Source of the DNA: Fimbriosthenelais zetlandica
Lineage: Eukaryota
Assembly (NCBI GenBank): GCA_977030845.1
Contig: OZ365110.1
Coordinates: forward strand, 35,650,001 to 35,714,000
Reading direction: 5' to 3'
DNA: 64,000 nucleotides
Positions 46,901 to 58,900 of this stretch are shown here, piece by piece; within the stretch, counting starts at the first letter, position 1, and every line of letters starts with the position of its first letter. The notes beneath the pieces are model-generated. The model had not been told where the DNA came from and did not search any database. It saw nothing but the letters and a program-made list of their open reading frames with translations. A program made the translations under genes and the position numbers.

Positions 46901-49900
46901 TGCTGGCTTTGTGTTAAGATCTTCCACAAATACATCTCCTTAGCGAGCCTTATTTCTCTGATTTTATCATTGCCTTTGTCTGTGGTATGGCAAGAGAGAT
47001 GGAGGGCTTGGGTTTGATGGTGTTTTTAAAGTCGTTTACTCTGGACTACAGCAGGGAAACTACAATGGAGGATGGTGTGAATTAACCGACAAGTTCCAGT
47101 GAATCAATCTTAGCATTTCATTTACAAATAATATTCAAATAATATTATATTTAGATATTATTATGATTTAGATTTGGCATTCAAGAATTTGTTTAGAAAT
47201 ATGAACTGGCAACAAGATTTTAGTTATTTTTTTTATTTGGATTGCAAAATAACCAATTTTATTAGCAATTTTGAATATATATATTCAATTTAGTTTGCTT
47301 GATACTAGCATGTCACTTATGTTAGGGTTTGTTCTGTATCCTAAAGCTAAATTATCTCTAAAGTGTTTTGGGTGAGATTCTTGTAGTGTCCATGTACTGG
47401 TAAATTGATGTCCATGAGTTAAGAAAATCCATGAGTTAACGAAATTAAAAACAAGTCTCAGAAAATTTACTTATAGGTAGATACTGGCTGGAATTCTGCG
47501 TATAGATAATATAAATTAGAAGATGATATTTTCTGGCGAGATTTAGCCCGCTCAGTATAGAATGACACACAGAGAAAGATTCAGTGACATCCACAAAGGT
47601 GTGCTTATTTTCACCCATGTCTACAGATTGAATCCAGCCAGCCTGACTTTTATTGAACGACCATGGAACACGCTCGACTTTTGCCATTCTCAGCTTGAGA
47701 GGGGAGAAAAGGCCACAATCAGTAGAAACCAGGCTGTACTAGAAGAAAAAAAATAGTACTGCCGACCATGCACTGACTGAAATATTGGTAGACAGTCACT
47801 TTTATAGACAATTAGGTTGTTGGTGAAATATAGTATTGATTTAAGGTATCCTGCTCTGTCCCCAGCTATAGACTTAAGCCCGACATCCACCAGCCCAATT
47901 GTCATCCCGATTTTGCTATTTAACCGATCATAGGCGATCGGGACCCGAAGAAATATCCGTTCCGTTGATCGGGCTGGTATATACCAAAATCTTGGGATCG
48001 GCTCCTATTTTTCAATGGTCAAATAGAGAAATGATCCGTAACGATTTTATTGCTCTTCCGTCCTTACGGACGGAAGAGCAACTGTGTCGTTACAGACGGA
48101 CAGAATTGGACAGAATGGTAGTCTTCACGAGTGTTGCTATTTTTAGCCCTCATGAGTGTGGCTATTTTTTGATTTTATTTCTATTTTTAGCTGACTAGTT
48201 GGGGGGAGGTGGGGTGTGTCGGTAATACCAGATGTCACTCTACCAGGTTCATGGTGCCTCACTGTAAAACCTCTGAAATGTTGTGTAATGTAAATCCCAT
48301 GTTTTATTAACCCTGATTAATTTTGGGAATTCATATTTCCCCTTCCTGATGTATTGCTAGATATAAATTTAACTTTTGTTAACTTTTGTTAAATTTGCAA
48401 ACCTTTTTTAGAAGGTTGAGTGGTGGCATGGATTAAAGGGTTTATGGTATAGCATTGACAGCTGCTGTGCCTGTGAATGGCCTGTGAATGTCCCCCTCCC
48501 CAAATCCCGAGTATACTAGATGTGCCTAAGGCCTAAGTTTAAGATTACCAATAGATTTGCACTGTCCAGTGAATATATTGCATTCAGTAAAAATGGCTAC
48601 TTTATGAAAATGTTCTATTAAAATGATTCAATAAAAAATACTTTTATAATGAGAGCTTTAAGCCTCAACTTTAACTTCCACAACAAATGAGGTAGACTTG
48701 AATAAGTTTAGTAGAGATATGGTCAGTCACTTGAGGGAGGCCTAATTAAGAGATTAGAATAGAGGGTTGGGCGGAGGGTACCATTTATATTGGTGCTGCT
48801 TGAGTATGTTTGTAGGAGAAATATGGCTGTAATTCAATACAGTTATCTATTAAATATGGATCAGTCTAGACCTTATTATCCGTTTATACTGTCCAGTCAA
48901 TATATTTGCCTGTGCATTCAGTAAAAATGGCTTCGTTATGAAAATGTTTCTATCGAAATGATTCAATAAAAAGGCTTGTATAATGAGAGCATTAACACAT
49001 CTGGTTTCACAACAAATCATGAAGTAGACTTGAACAAGTTTAGTACAGAAATGGTCAGTGAGTTGAGGTAGGGGTAATTAAGGGATTAGCTCGGGTCCAT
49101 CCCCTCTCCCTCCCCTCCCCCCCCCCGCCCACCTCACCACTCTCATAACCCACCAGAGGGATGTGAGCTGTGTGGGTATAGCATTTAATCCTGGCGACCA
49201 CCTGGTCCTCATTATGTAACATGACTTAATACGATCCCCTGTTCCTAATAATTTTGATTTTCCACGCATATCATATTGTAATGATTCTTTCAGATGAATT
49301 TGCCATTTAAAAAGAAGCATTATAGTCTTTTTCCCGAAATTCTCCGACCAATGTAAGCTAAAATGAGATATTATATGATACCAAATTTATCAGATACAGT
49401 CAGTAGACAGTGAATTAGTCCGATTAGTCCGAAACTGGCAGTTTGTCCTATGAGAGTGGTGCACATTCAAACACTTGCCGAATTGTAACCATTAAGAATA
49501 GATGGTGGTTGTTCGCAATTAAATAAAGTACTTATATCCTTTCATTTATATTATAACTTTCATTTATATTCGCCATAGCAATGGGATATAATCGAGCACT
49601 AATTAAAACCTTCAGATGGATTCTTCAGTAGTGAAGGGGGTTTCCAGTCCAAGGTCACCAATATTACTCAGGGATGTCAACTGACCATCATGTTGATTTT
49701 GCTTGTTTACCAACACTATAAAGGCAATGACAATTGACAGAAAAAAGAAATCCAGATTGTATTAAGGAAACCATCAGGACATGAAGCAGGTCACAGCCCC
49801 ATCATGTTATTTGGCTTTTTAGGAGCTCTCAGTTCCGGTACCAAATAATGATAATTATGTAAAATATATGTAACTGTAGAGTTGCATTTGGGCAATGAAA

Positions 49901-52900
49901 AGCTATAGTTTATTATTTAAACACATTTTGCAGTTAGTAATATAGTTGTCAGACCCAATTTAGACACTTTTGATTATTGACATTTAAAACCCCATCATAT
50001 GACAGGGCACCGACCTGCCTTCATGTCGTGTGATCTTCCTTAATCCCCCTGCTATCTCTTTTTTCTGTCAATTGCCATTGCCCTTATAGTGTTGGTAAAC
50101 AAGCAAAATAAACCTGATGGTCATTTGACCCCCCTAAGTGATAAAGCTGACCTCTGACTGAAACCCACTTCACTACTGAAGAATCAATCTGAGGTTGTTA
50201 ATTAGTGCTCGATTATATCCCATTGCAATGGCGAATATAATTGAAACTTAGAATATAAGTACCTTATATGATAATGAATAACCACCATAATTTTTGTACC
50301 TCCATTGTTAATGGTTACAATTCGGTTTGAATGTGCACCACTCTCATAGGATAAACTGCCTGTTTCGGACTAATTCATTGTCTACTGACTGTATGTCTAA
50401 GTGTAGCATAATAGTATTATTATATTGGAAGGTAAAAACTTAGTTTGTAAACAAACATTTCGTGTTGCTGCAATTGTCTTCCCCTTTTATATAATATAAG
50501 TTCTCAACATTATTACGCATGTACCCTTGTAAACGTCCATCCCCTGTGATGTTCTGGTTCCTTTGGGGCTTACTATTACATCAAGAAAAATTTGTAGGCA
50601 AACTGTTTAAGATTGTAAGGGACGGCAGAGCACGTGTCCGCTCACAATGTGAAGCGACACGCAACAGTTTTTCATTTGTGTATTTTTACTTCTTCGACAC
50701 TACAGATTCTTCTGTCTCACTTGTTTTCATCTTTGCCGATCACAAAAATCGGTGCCCTCAAAGATCGTACAGTGGATGTCGGGCTTAAGTTGAATATAAT
50801 GCTCAGGATAAAGATGCTCAAAATAGTTAAAACAATAAATTGTCATCGCCCTATATGATGCTTTCAGGAGAAAGAGATCCAGAAAGAAAAGGAAAAGGAA
50901 GAAAAGAAGAAGGAAGATAAAGAATCCAAAAAGGATAAGTTGAAATCCAAGAAGAAGAAGCATTCTGAAGCCAAGGCTTCAGATGCTCCAACTGAAGAAA
51001 CCAAGAAAGGTAGGTGTCCTCCTCTCATGAGATGGGATCTCTGTTCCACTTGAAAGCCAATCTGCCACCCTTCCTAACTCAGTCACCACTAGGATGCCCC
51101 AGTTTCATGAATTTTAAATGAATCCTATTCGATTATCTTCATAATATAAATGACACTTCCATGGTAAAATCCAGCTTGAATGACAACACTTTCATTAATA
51201 AGCTAATTACTGGGATTGGCGCTCCTCACTAATGACTCATTTTGGTAATTGTGCCTTTGGATGAATTTCATGCCTCTTTGTGATAGACTGATGCATAGTG
51301 TATTGGCCTGTTATTAGTGATATTTTCATGAATTATTCCTCAATTCTATGTCTGCAGATGTGAAGCCTATCTTTGGCGTATCACTAGCTGCTGCTGTGGA
51401 GCGCAGTAGATGCCATGATGGGGTTCAGCTGCCTGCTATCTTTAGAGAATGTATCGATTATGTTGAAGAATTTGGTAAGTTCCTCCCTTTGTCTCTGTAT
51501 TAAACTTTTAAAATTTCTGAAGAGTACTTCGCATCTCACTTACCGTATTTGCCGGAGTATAAACCGCACCTGACTATAAACCGCACCCCTGGCCCCTCAG
51601 GTTAAAATCCATAATTATATAAACCGCTACTTTATATAGAAGTCCATATACATGTGTATACAACATTTTTGGATTTCTTATTACTTCATAAAATTCCATC
51701 TGTTTTTTGTGCTTTTCTATAAAAAAAAACTATGTGTTTGATATTTCATTCAGGTTTGTCTTGTGAAGGAATCTATCGTATATCGGGTGTGAAATCAAAG
51801 GTCCAGAATTTGAAGGACTGTTATAACCGAGGACAGCCACTATATCTACACGAGCACGAGCCCCCTATAGTGGCATCTCTACTCAAACAATACCTGAGGG
51901 AACTCCCTGAACCCGTCCTCACCACGGAACTCATGCCCAAGTTTGAACAGGCCTCAAGTGAGTTGATTTCTCATAGACATTCTCAATACTGACAGGAGTT
52001 TTCAATCCTGGTGAACTTGACCTTGGGGTCAAAGGTCAAATAAGGTTATATTTTATAATGACTGGTTGCCTTGGTTATTCATGAGATATGTAGGAAAATG
52101 TCTGGGATCTCTGACCTTTAAAGTTTAACCTTTAACTTGGGCTTGGCTTGGGCGTATAACAGATTTGGATTCAGCCACCCTCAATACCCCTAAAATGTAT
52201 GGCATAAATTAACACGATTTGCATTCAGGGTTGCGAATTTCTGGAAATATACCTAGTCTAATTAATAAACAGGGAGGAAGAGAGATAGAGGGACTGTGGG
52301 TCTGGGAAGAGACAGATAAAAAGATAGGCAGACCGAGAAAAACTGCGGAAGAAACAATCTTTGTAACAAATATGTCCATGTAAAGGACTTAATAATTTTG
52401 TGTTCGACCATGGAAGGAAATTGACGGAAGTGTTTATATCTAGTGTCAATCATCTTGCTGATGTGTAAAGGCCTATTAAGACCGAGCTTTCCCATTCTTT
52501 TATAGCACTGAAGAACGTAAAACAAAAAGTGGAGCAGTTCCAGCAGTTGATAGAGCAGCTACCTGTAGCTAACCGCCTCCTGCTCTCCTGGATGATTGTA
52601 CACATGACCCACGTTATATCTAAGGTGAGAAGAATTAAACTCACAACCTACATTCAATTAATTAACTCTATCTGCACAACAGTTTTAATTACATTAGTCT
52701 AAAGTCGCACAGGGCCATTCAGCGCCACGGGCCTGAAAGCTTTGTTAACAGGTTATTTATTTGAATATTTTGGGGAGTGAAATTGAGAAGAGTTCACATT
52801 TGCCCTTTCAAGATATCTTCCATTTGGACAGAAAAGTGTCCGAAATGGGCATTCATTGTCACCACTTTTATTTTTTGAAATTTTATTAAAAATAATATTT

Positions 52901-55900
52901 TTCATATTTTCTTGCACTATACATCATTGGAACGCTCGTTATCTGATCTATACGAATCTGCAACTGAGTCAAAATCCATTTTTGTGACTATAGACTCATT
53001 TAGTGAAAATACGTCACATTTCAGTTCTTAATAGCGATCACCAAGGGAATGCCCCGTCTGTGTCAAGGTACTATCTCACAGATGCATTAAGAGTTTACTA
53101 TCACCTGGTCTGTTTTTATCATCAATATTGAATCAATCTTTCAGGAGTCCCAGAACAAGATGAGTTTACAGAACGTGTCTATCGTACTCAGTCCTACCAT
53201 GCAGATCTCCCACCGTGTTCTCAATGTCTTCTTCACATATTCCAAAATTCTCTTCAGGGACACACTTATCAAAAGGTCAGTGTACTCTTAGACTTCTATT
53301 TAACTGAACTATGATCAAGAACTGCTGCGAAAAACGCAAATACAACTTAATAGTCTGAACCCACTGACCTCCTTAAAAGAGAGATGGAGGCATTGGGTTT
53401 GATGGGTTTCACCCCTTAAAATCTGCTTTACGATCCAATTACAACAGAAGATTTTAAAAGTACTGAACCTACTAAAAAGTATGTGGAATGAACCTACGAT
53501 CATGTTCCTGTATGCTCTGCGTTTTTTTCATGGATCAGAAAACTCTACATCTTATTTTGAGCATGTTCAAGCAGATTGTAGGTAGATCGAATCTCAGTGG
53601 GTTCAGGCTATAAATGTAACATTTTGCTTGACATTCTCATTCAAGCCAAGTAAAACATGTGTATAATGTGTATAATTTTGTCAGATATGTGCCACCTTTG
53701 AGGCCGGTGTCGTCACGCTGGTCTCTGGAGTTACCCGAGTCACCCAGTGCTATAGAAGAGGAACTCCACAAACAGGAGTCCTTACTGAACCAGCTCCACG
53801 AGGACGTGCGTAAAGTGAAGAACGCATCAGATAAGGAAGAACAGTTGTGGGAGGTGCAACGGGTAGTGACCCAACTCAAACGGAAGGTACTCTATAATTT
53901 GGCGCTACTTTCTGTCTCTGTTTTAGCATTTTCTAGATGAGCAAGGTACCGTATTTGCTGGTGTATTATAAGTCGCACTGGTGTATAAGCCGCACCCCGC
54001 CTTGCCGCTCAGGTTAAATTCCGCTGCTTTGCATAAAAATCTATATAAAAATCGCGTCGTTGTATTAGCCGTAGCGTTATTCACCGGCAAATACTGTATT
54101 GCATGTCAATTTTCAACTCTAACATTACTATTCCTACCTAAAATACTGAAAGACTTTTTTTGTTACTGAGTTTAAAATTTACCATCACGTTGAACATTTC
54201 ATCATCATAACATAGTCTGTCATAATCTCGTTTACTAATGTACAATGCTGAGTATTAATATTTATTTCCAGTTGAAGCATGTACGTAAAGCTCAAGACGC
54301 AGCCAAAGCTGCTGAGCGCCGGGAAGCTGAACTAGCCCAGTTGAAACTGAAAGAGAAAGAAGAGGAAGAAAGGAAGAAACAAGAGCTGCTGAAGAAAGAG
54401 AAGGAACAGGAAGAGGAGCTGAAGAAACAGGAAACAGCAGCGAGTGAAGAGAATTTGGAAAGTGAAGAGCCTGAAAATACAACAGGTACAGAAAAGACTA
54501 CCTCCGAGAAGGAGGAAGAAGAGGCAGGAGCTGCATCAAATACTTCCCCTACGGAGGGTGAAAAACCCAACCAAACAGAGGAACCAATGGAGCAACAGCA
54601 GGAGTTGACCGAGCAACCGAAACCATCCCAATCTGAACCAGCCGAGACAAATACAGCAGAACCGAACCAAGATATAGCAGAAGAAGTTGAGCCAGCACCT
54701 AAAGAAGAAAATGTCGAAGAAATGCCACCCCAACAGCAACAACCTGCCCCTGCCAGTGCCTCTGCCAGTGCCCCCGCCCCTGCCCCTGCCCCTGACCCTG
54801 CCCCACAGCTTCCTACTGTACAACGTACCTCCCCAACGACTGAAATACAAACAACAAGTACAGAACCTGCGGGTCCAAGCCACCCCGCCCCGACCCACAA
54901 ACACCTCACAGCCCAGCAAGGAGGAGTACCCAAACTCCAGTCACCACTCCAACCCCAGCGCCTTCATGAAATGTCTCAAACATCCCAGGATGGTGCCACA
55001 GAACCGACTGAGGAATCGGTGTCGTTTGAAGTCGGTGGGGAGACATTCCATGGGGCTTCCAATGAGCGGAAGGATTCTTCAGTTAATGGGGAGGATGTCA
55101 TCGCTGAGGGCATGGAGCGGTTAGAGGTGGATGATAGGCAAATTACAACCATAGAGATTGTGGATAGAGAAGGTCTTCCTTCAGGTATGGTTAATTAATT
55201 TACTCATTCATCCGAGATTTTTATTTTGTTATAACTAATCAACTAAATTTATCTAATGAGGAATCACATCAGGGGATGAGGGCTTTGTCATAGGGACGAA
55301 CGCTCGTCTACATTCATCCATTTATTATTTNNNNNNNNNNNNNNNNNNNNNNNNNNNNNNNNNNNNNNNNNNNNNNNNNNNNNNNNNNNNNNNNNNNNNN
55401 NNNNNNNNNNNNNNNNNNNNNNNNNNNNNNNNNNNNNNNNNNNNNNNNNNNNNNNNNNNNNNNNNNNNNNNNNATTCATACTGATCCATCCATTCATTCA
55501 CTTTCATTCATTCAAATGTTCATTCATACATTCATTCATTCATTCATTCATTCATTCATTCAACTACTTGGCTGATGGTAGTCAGTAATGTCATGTCCTG
55601 CCTGATGGTGTTAGCAGAATACACCAGGTGGCAGCTTATGCAGGACTTCACTGACGAGAGGCCTAGTGCTTTCCAAGTAAAAAGGCTGCCTTAGTCATTC
55701 AGTATCATAATATAGTATCATAATTATTTATCAAAGATTCATATAAGTGTTAGGACCGAAAATCCAAAATTCTAAACCTAAATAAAAGTTCTAAAGGGAC
55801 TGAAATCTCGAAGGGCTTATATGTCCCCTTTACAGATACAGGATCTTTAACAGAACATAATATGCATTTTTATATTATATAATAATAAATTGGAACATTA

Positions 55901-58900
55901 TCAATTATTATCGTAATTTTTAGTAATGCTAATTTAAGTAAATGTTAATTCACTTAATTAACTTAATTTAATGTCAATTTAAGTATGACTTAAGTATGAA
56001 ATAAAAAGTCAAACTTCTACGTATATGACAAACGAGCATGTATGAAAATATGTTGAATAAAATATATTATGGAATCTCTTTTTTTCCTGCCAGTCGAGAC
56101 CACGGACGCGCCAGTGAAGGATGATGACGTATCTGACGTAGCGTCATCCTCGTCGTCACTCATCTCATCACCGGATGAAGATGACGGGTCTGACAATGAC
56201 GAGCTACAGTCACTGACACTAGAGGAGACAACCCTCACCCTGCACGAGGAGGAACTGCGTGCTATAGGTGAGCTCTGTATTACCAGCTTTTTAAAAATTA
56301 TATTATTTACACTGGGACAAATCTTATTACGGTACATAATGTTGTCATTTAACCCAGCTATATCTATCTAGCGGTTGCATAGTTACAGTTGCACTACAGT
56401 TACAGTTACATTAGTTACAGTTACACTACAATTACAGTTACATTAGTTACAGTTACACTACAGTTACAGATCCAGTTCCAATACAGTTATATCACCATAA
56501 TTCAGCACCACAATACAATACAGCACCACAATACATACAAAAAGCAAACAAAAACATTAAAAAAAAACAGAGGACAACACAGCACAGCACAACGAACCAG
56601 AGCTTTCAACAGGTATTGTGTTTGAATTTTGAATTAGCTTCATAAACGGGCCATTGCAATGCTTTAGCCTCTAGTTGTACAATGGCATCTGTAATCAATA
56701 GGGATGCCCATATATTATGTAAAGAATTTTGCAGCAATTTTATCAGTACAAATACTGATGCAAGGCATCAAGGGGGGTCGGGGAAGGGTGCCTGCGAATT
56801 GACTCAATGGTTATGAATGAAATTTGAAAGTACTGCAATTAGGCCTATAAGACTAATAAAGTAAGTCTATAAAGTAATATTTACAACATGGGAATTGGTT
56901 ACAAAACTATTAACCGGGAGTCGTCTGGTCCACAAAACACACCCACCGTCCACCTCCTTGATTACGTAATTTATGGTCGGCCCCTATAAATTTTATATGA
57001 CTTATTTTTCACCATGCCATTTTTGTGTATTTTCAGGCAGTCCCATTCTATATAAGTACTATATTGTTCTATTTGAATTCAATACATTTCATATGTTTGA
57101 AATGAAAATATATTGATCGGCGTTGGCTAACCATAGGCCTCCCAGTATTGATGATGGATATAATAAGCAGATAATAGACTATGTGCCTTCACATTCAATA
57201 TTAAGGATATGGCATCTGCAAATATTGATTTAGACGCCAAGGTGAAAATACACCTTTGGTGGCCTTGAGCAGTGAAACATTTATTAACTATAGGCGACCA
57301 TTAGAATACTAAGAGAGTGCCTGGGGTTTTTGTTTGGCCACTGTTATTCATTTCAGAATGGAAATGGATAACTTTATAAATTACTTATTTTCTTGGCATA
57401 TTTATTTCCTCCTGCAGGCTCCGATCCTCCTACCCTCATGAGGCTAAAATATTTATTACCACAGTCTCTTTTGTCAATTTTTTTATTTCATCCATTTTCC
57501 ACACAAAATTATTCAGTCCCCCTTCCCGGTATATTCTATTGGTCGCATAAATTTATACATATATGTGACGTATATATGGGTTACAGAATAAGATGATTCC
57601 GGAGGCGTAGTTTAATGCAGCTCTTATGATGTGTACAGTATGGTGTGTAATGGTGAAGTGAGGATGAAGATGCTGATGATACTGACATAGAACATGATGG
57701 AGAACTAGACGCCTGACAGAAGTGTATACGACCTTAGTTATATAGTGGAGCTGGTGATAGAGGGGAAGCATGGCATCCCAACCCCGATCACTTACAATAG
57801 GTGACATAAAAAATGCTATGATGCTAATTCCTCAGATCTACGACATGCTGGCTTCAGGTGTGTGGATTACCACCAGCATGGCATGTCTGTGAAGCAGGGA
57901 AGACATAACTTAATAATTGTTATATAAACAGAGTGGGGAAGGTAGGAAAACATAGACAGGGAGGTTAATAAACATTACTGAATATGGCGACATGGATTAT
58001 GATTAAAGGAAGACATACTGAATGTATAATCTGTGACACTGATCCGTGACATATAGACATGTGAAGTTGCCGACGTAAATGGTTTCAAAGTACGGTAGGT
58101 AATTCCCAGGCACCACGTCCTAATGAAAGCCTAAATATATTGGTATCCATCTATAACTAACTTCCTTCTCGAATGGTAACAGCTACGATTAGAACACTGG
58201 TACTTATTAACTCATTTGGCATAATTATAATTATTAGATGTACATTTTGTCTAATTTAGATACCCCAACAGGCTTGTATTGCAATGTTATACATCATCTT
58301 TGAAAACCTGAGTAAGGCAAACAATATTTTAGGCCGGATGACCAGCTGGTAGGTTTCCATCAGATCCACCACAGAGTGCCATTGTCCACCATATTGTCAA
58401 TACCTTGTCAATCATATAGCCAGCTGTAGTACTATTGATTATCACAAAAGGGAGGCGAAATATCAATTATGAGTGTCATAATTTATGACACTCATAATTC
58501 GCCTCCCTTTTGTATGTGTCGTTAGTCATTTGCGATCTGCCCACAACAAAATGCAAATTACTTTATCAGTTAATAGATTGAAAACACTCCAAAGCTGTAG
58601 TCGTGAAATATACAGGGTTATAATAGAAGAGACCTTAATTTAGCCTGGGTTTAAGATCGGACCAAGGGATATAAATGTACCGGTATTCACACATCAGGGG
58701 TTGACAAAGAGTTGGTCAGTGCATAGATGTGTAAGAGACACCTCTATGGTCAGTGGAATATTTTAGACTCACGGGCGGTATTTTAGCTCAGTCTGACCAT
58801 AGCTTTATAAATTTTCCATTTGGTTATGTTCTATAAACATCCAGGAAATAAATTACCATTTTACATCTCTATTGTGAAATAAACTTAAATTGGCCTGACA

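Noticed and set aside
54255-55124. Long overlapping ORFs (54292-54933 -, 54536-54919 -, 54687-55124 +)
   Set aside because: Antisense and alternate-frame shadows of the low-complexity RALBP1 exon; no splice context or recognisable product.
55331-55473. Possible RALBP1 exon hidden in the N gap
   Set aside because: Flanking exons already join in phase, and the gap abuts a (TTCA)n microsatellite, the likely cause of the break.
56381-56485. Regularly spaced repeat superficially like an array
   Set aside because: Simple hexamer satellite with no unique spacers, in eukaryotic intron context; not CRISPR.
57658-57715. Acidic stretch SEDEDADDTDIEHDGELDA* in a RALBP1 intron
   Set aside because: Stops immediately upstream, and the only acceptor is phase 2 while the upstream exon ends in phase 1.
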